Part shown: piece by piece, positions 60,730 through 64,000 of the stretch | Layout of the letters: each line of letters begins with the position of its first letter | Position numbering within the stretch: position 1 is the first letter of the stretch | IMG/VR virus record: IMGVR_UViG_3300036846_000488 | Location: 1-64,000 of that record | Strand: one strand, 5' to 3' | From: a virus | DNA: 64,000 bases | Translations under genes and position numbers: made by a program | Notes under the pieces: generated by a model | Databases searched by the model: none | Told to the model about the DNA's origin: nothing | What the model saw: the letters and a program-made list of their open reading frames with translations, nothing else

Positions 60730-60983
60730 GCGATCAAGGCGATGTGATCTTCAGAGCTCCCATGGACAACAACACCTGGTTGGTCCTGGTGACCGGGATC
60801 ACCGAGTCCCAGGGAGAGCTGACCATCACCAAGATCGGCGATGGCGAGGTGATTCTCACCGAGCGGGTCGGGCTGATGTACGGCGCGATCTTCGGGCCTG
60901 ACATCGACGATGTTCGGACGTGGGAGCGCATGGCAGTCGAAGCCGTTGACAGCTACAACGCGAAGAAGGAGGAGGTCACATGA
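60726..60983 (+). CDS. hypothetical protein
   Basis: YGAIFGPD.DDV..W. Confidence 0.55.
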   Translation: MSDQGDVIFRAPMDNNTWLVLVTGITESQGELTITKIGDGEVILTERVGLMYGAIFGPDIDDVRTWERMAVEAVDSYNAKKEEVT

Positions 60984-61348
60984 CCAGCGCATTCGACGAC
61001 CAGTCCAGCCCGATGATGACCAGCGCGAACAACGTGGGCGACGGCTGGCACCCCATCCTCCGCGAGCTGGAGGAGAAGCTCAACGCGATCGACCCGGACT
61101 TCGAGCTCCAGCAGGTCAAGGAGAAGTTCGGCGCGCTGCGGTACTACGCGCGGACCACGAAGGACGCAGACCAGTATCGGAAGTTCCACCTTGCGATCTC
61201 GGTGGCCGAAACGCAGTCCTCGAAGACCTGTGAGGTATGCGGGGAGCCGGGCCGCACCTGTAGACCCGGGCTGCACTGGATCAAGACCCTCTGTGATGAG
61301 CACTTCGCGGAGGCCAAGAAGGAACACGAGAAGGAGTTCAACAGATGA
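60980..61348 (+). CDS. conserved-type phage protein (QVKEKFG.LR.Y...CE.CG)
   Basis: Recognisable motif. Confidence 0.6.
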   Translation: MTSAFDDQSSPMMTSANNVGDGWHPILRELEEKLNAIDPDFELQQVKEKFGALRYYARTTKDADQYRKFHLAISVAETQSSKTCEVCGEPGRTCRPGLHWIKTLCDEHFAEAKKEHEKEFNR

Positions 61349-61469
61349 TGCACTGGATCACCAGCATCCTGGCCGGCGGAGGTGCCGGCGTGATCACCGC
61401 CGCGTTCATGGAGGCGTACTACCAGCGCCGCGCGCAGGAAGAAGTCGGCCAGTACGACCAGGAGACGCC

Positions 61470-62162
61470 ATGAGTGAAGCCAACCCGTTCATGGTGATGA
61501 TCCTGGAGCACAACAACTTCGTCTCCGAGGCCCAGGAGGTGGAAGCGCAGATCACACCGCTCGACGATCAACTCAATTTCGGTGTCGGGGATGTGGCCAT
61601 CCTGGCTTCGTCCAACGCTCCGCTGGAGGCGGACTTCACCGTGGTCAAGGGTCTCGACCCGGCCAACTACGCGGAGACCTTCCCCGACTGGGAGGAGCGG
61701 ATGACGTTCAACGCGCACGTCCTCTGCGAGATCTTCTCCCGTGCCGACACCGAGCTGAGCATCGGCTGGGTACACCGACTGAAGCTGCTGCCGATCAAGC
61801 AGTACCGGTACAAGGAGCTGAAGACCTGGCGGAAGAAGGGGTTCCCCGAAGACCCGCCGGAGTGGGTGATGAAGATCTTCCGGAACTACACCGACCAGCT
61901 CGCCGAGCGCGCGCCGGACAAGGTGCCGGTGGCTGTCACCTGCTCGGCCTGCGGCAAGCGCAATGTCGAACTGGTCGTCGTCCGGAGGCTGGAGTACCGG
62001 GGTCGGGCCGGCCTGATGAGACAAGGCGAGGACGAGCGTCATGTCACGCTCCATGATCCGGAGACGACCTCAACGCACCAGGCCAAACTGGTCTGCTCGG
62101 ACTGCCTGGTGGAGACCCGACTCGGCGACGACTCGTGGGTGCTGCCGAACGTCAGTAACTGA
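61470..62162 (+). CDS. hypothetical protein with C-terminal Zn ribbon
   Basis: CSAC...CSDC; SD AGGAG. Confidence 0.55.
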   Translation: MSEANPFMVMILEHNNFVSEAQEVEAQITPLDDQLNFGVGDVAILASSNAPLEADFTVVKGLDPANYAETFPDWEERMTFNAHVLCEIFSRADTELSIGWVHRLKLLPIKQYRYKELKTWRKKGFPEDPPEWVMKIFRNYTDQLAERAPDKVPVAVTCSACGKRNVELVVVRRLEYRGRAGLMRQGEDERHVTLHDPETTSTHQAKLVCSDCLVETRLGDDSWVLPNVSN

Positions 62163-62171
62163 TTCCAAGTC

Positions 62172-62200
62172 TTCCTGTTGTGTCGTGTTTGTGATACAAT
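62172..62200 (+). promoter_or_regulatory. promoter P4 (extended -10)
   Basis: TGnTACAAT in AT-rich patch; TTCCTG 17 nt upstream. Confidence 0.6.
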
Positions 62201-62241
62201 AGGAGCGTGCCTTAGTAAGACCTGGGCACATGCAGGATCCA

Positions 62242-62364
62242 CACCTCGACGAGGTGGGAGCGACGCTCTGCGAGATCCTGTTGAAGTACGGCCCTCACCG
62301 CTCAGATAGCGGTGGGGGCTTTTCTCATGTCCGCACCTCGACGAGGTGGGAGCGACGCTCTGCG
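62242..62364 (+). repeat. 31-bp direct repeat x2 flanking a terminator
   Basis: CACCTCGACGAGGTGGGAGCGACGCTCTGCG at 62242-62272 and 62334-62364. Confidence 0.9.
62290..62326 (+). terminator. intrinsic terminator in leader
   Basis: GCCCTCACCGCT...AGCGGTGGGGGC TTTT. Confidence 0.65.
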
Positions 62365-62406
62365 CGACGTGTGAGATCTACAACAACCCTGAAGGGAAGT
62401 ACGACA

Positions 62407-63414
62407 GTGAGTACTGTCACCGCTACACCCGCCGGCCCGTCCATCCGGACCCGCGTCGGCGAAGTCCTCAAGAACTGGGGCAAGAAGGTGCCGCCCATCG
62501 TCAAGAAGGCCGGTAACTGGTTCACGACCGCGCTCAAGAAGAGCGGCGGTTTCCTCAAGAAGGCCGGCAAGTGGGCCCTCGAAGCCAAGGCCACGCAGTG
62601 GGTCATGGACAAGGCCAAGCCCGCCTGGAACAAGGCATGGCCCATCATCAAGGGTCCGATCCTCTGGGTCGCGACGCCAGTGCTGGTCGTGCTGGCCCTG
62701 CCGAAGGTCGTGCTCATCTGCCTCGGCGCACTCCTGGTCGGGCTGATCTTCGCCATGTGGCGTATCTCTAGGTCTCGGAAGAAGAACGCCAAGACCTACA
62801 CCGATGCCGAGTGGGACGCGATCACCGATGTCATCGGTCACTCCAAGACCGCCTACACGTCCACGGTCAACGGCCAGTCCAAGACCGAGTTCGGCGAGAT
62901 GAAGATCACCGGGAACGCCAAGGGTCGGATCAAGGTCTACTGGCGCGCTGTCCCGGATGTGGTCACCACCACTCCGACATCTCGGTTCCGGACCACACAC
63001 CACACCGAGAGCGAGGACCAGCTGCAGGAGCGGCTGAACACCGCACTCGGCGAGGCCGGAAACGTCAATGGGCTGACCCTCACCGGTGAGCCCACGGCGG
63101 GCGAGACCATCGCCTTGCGGTACAGGTTCCTCGACCAGCAGGCCAAGCTGGCCGGCCAGAACATGGACACTGACCTGCTGTCCGAGGTCATGGGCCGGAT
63201 GAACTTGATCGAGGTCCGAACCGGGATGACCCAAGGGAAGATCAAAGCGGATGCCAAGGCTCAGCTGATCCATGGCGATCTCCGTCAGTGGCTCACCGAG
63301 ACCTTCCCGAAGACGGACTGGAAGTGGGATCTGATGTACAAGGCGGCGGTCAACGAGAGCACTCGGCTCAAGAAGCTCGCCGAGATGCAGGAGGAGTTGG
63401 CTCCCGCCAGCTGA
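62407..63414 (+). CDS. membrane protein with amphipathic Lys/Trp repeats
   Basis: KKAGNW/KKSGGF/KKAGKW 11-mer periodicity then long TM hairpin; SD GAAGGG. Confidence 0.6.
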   Translation: MSTVTATPAGPSIRTRVGEVLKNWGKKVPPIVKKAGNWFTTALKKSGGFLKKAGKWALEAKATQWVMDKAKPAWNKAWPIIKGPILWVATPVLVVLALPKVVLICLGALLVGLIFAMWRISRSRKKNAKTYTDAEWDAITDVIGHSKTAYTSTVNGQSKTEFGEMKITGNAKGRIKVYWRAVPDVVTTTPTSRFRTTHHTESEDQLQERLNTALGEAGNVNGLTLTGEPTAGETIALRYRFLDQQAKLAGQNMDTDLLSEVMGRMNLIEVRTGMTQGKIKADAKAQLIHGDLRQWLTETFPKTDWKWDLMYKAAVNESTRLKKLAEMQEELAPAS

Positions 63415-63422
63415 TCCTCACG

Positions 63423-63452
63423 AGGGGAGGGGCTCGGGCCCCTCCCCTTTTC
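63423..63452 (+). terminator. terminator-like hairpin
   Basis: AGGGGAGGGGC-TCGG-GCCCCTCCCCT TTT. Confidence 0.7.
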
Positions 63453-63478
63453 CATGTCACAACCAGAAAGGAGTCGTA

Positions 63479-63742
63479 ATGGCTCAGAGACAAGCAGCAC
63501 GAGAGATGAGGTTCGTCTGGGAAGCCGAGAACGGGGGAAGTTTCAACCACCTCGACTTCCAGATGATGGACGACATCGCGAAAGCACTCGGCAGAGTGCG
63601 GGGCGTCCACATCGCCTTCGCGTTCTTCGATGTGTCCACCGGACGACGGATCCGTTCCTACGGTCCGTTCGGCCCAGCAAGCCCGGAGCTCCAGAAGCTC
63701 ATCGACGTAGAACTCGCAGAGAACGAGGACGTACCCGCATGA
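63479..63742 (+). CDS. hypothetical protein
   Basis: SD GAAAGGAG. Confidence 0.55.
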   Translation: MAQRQAAREMRFVWEAENGGSFNHLDFQMMDDIAKALGRVRGVHIAFAFFDVSTGRRIRSYGPFGPASPELQKLIDVELAENEDVPA

Positions 63743-64000
63743 GGTATACCCCTGACGATCCGGCTTTCAACACAGTGGTCAACCACGAGATCGAAGGCTC
63801 CTATCCCGACGAACGCATGATCTTCCTGGACACCGACAACCGCGTCCGCGAGGTCGTCTACGCCAGTGAGTTCGGCAGTGGCGCGATTCAGCAAGTTCGG
63901 TCTCGGCTGGAGAAGTCAGGGGTGCTCAAGGGGATCGTGCACGTCGCGGCCTCGGTTCCTCTCGGCACGCGCGATGGTCACGGGCCTCGGTACTCCTCCG
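63739..64000 (+). CDS. hypothetical protein, truncated at window edge
   Basis: ATGA-coupled, open to end. Confidence 0.45.
   Translation, partial: MRYTPDDPAFNTVVNHEIEGSYPDERMIFLDTDNRVREVVYASEFGSGAIQQVRSRLEKSGVLKGIVHVAASVPLGTRDGHGPRYSS

Noticed and set aside
62242-62364. Mini-CRISPR array (with Cas4-like gene elsewhere)
   Set aside because: Only two repeats, the 61-nt spacer is a terminator, and the repeat does not resemble CRISPR repeats I know; Cas4-like nucleases are routine phage recombination genes
1-64000. Integrase, repressor, tape measure, tail tube, tRNAs, DGR or retron
   Set aside because: No supporting motifs seen in this window; lifestyle and tail type cannot be called

Overview
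This is 64 kb of a high-GC tailed dsDNA phage of Actinobacteria, judged from a WhiB gene, a DnaE-type polymerase and strong G/C bias at codon third positions. No integrase, tRNA or CRISPR array is visible. Positions 1-46.5 kb are transcribed leftward. Read from the right, the order is: replication module (DnaB helicase, primase, SSB, DnaE, Cas4-like nuclease), EEP genes and RuvC, WhiB, TerS, tail-fibre genes, lysin and holin, TerL, portal, an expanded head-protein block, scaffold, decoration protein, major capsid protein and head-tail connectors. Tail tube and tape measure genes presumably lie beyond the left edge. From 46.5 kb, about 45 small, mostly unknown rightward genes are driven by near-consensus sigma70-type promoters, each followed by a structured leader ending in a terminator. 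The most striking system is in the head block. Four Gly/Ala-rich cationic proteins share a short tag (S[AG]FG[IV][DE]H[GS]D, ending in [IV]xK when N-terminal). These proteins, the scaffold, the XkdF-like protease, the MuF-ADP-ribosyltransferase and a 1234-aa protein are all punctuated by hydrophobic-x-K|[A/S/R/K] sites. This suggests a tag-directed capsid-loading and polyprotein-processing system that releases membrane-active peptides and enzymes. The protease itself appears split over two genes. Other leads are a ~300-nt structured ncRNA candidate, overprinted ORFs inside dnaE, a microprotein cluster and put-like RNA repeats. All family assignments come from motif recognition by eye; no database searches were run.
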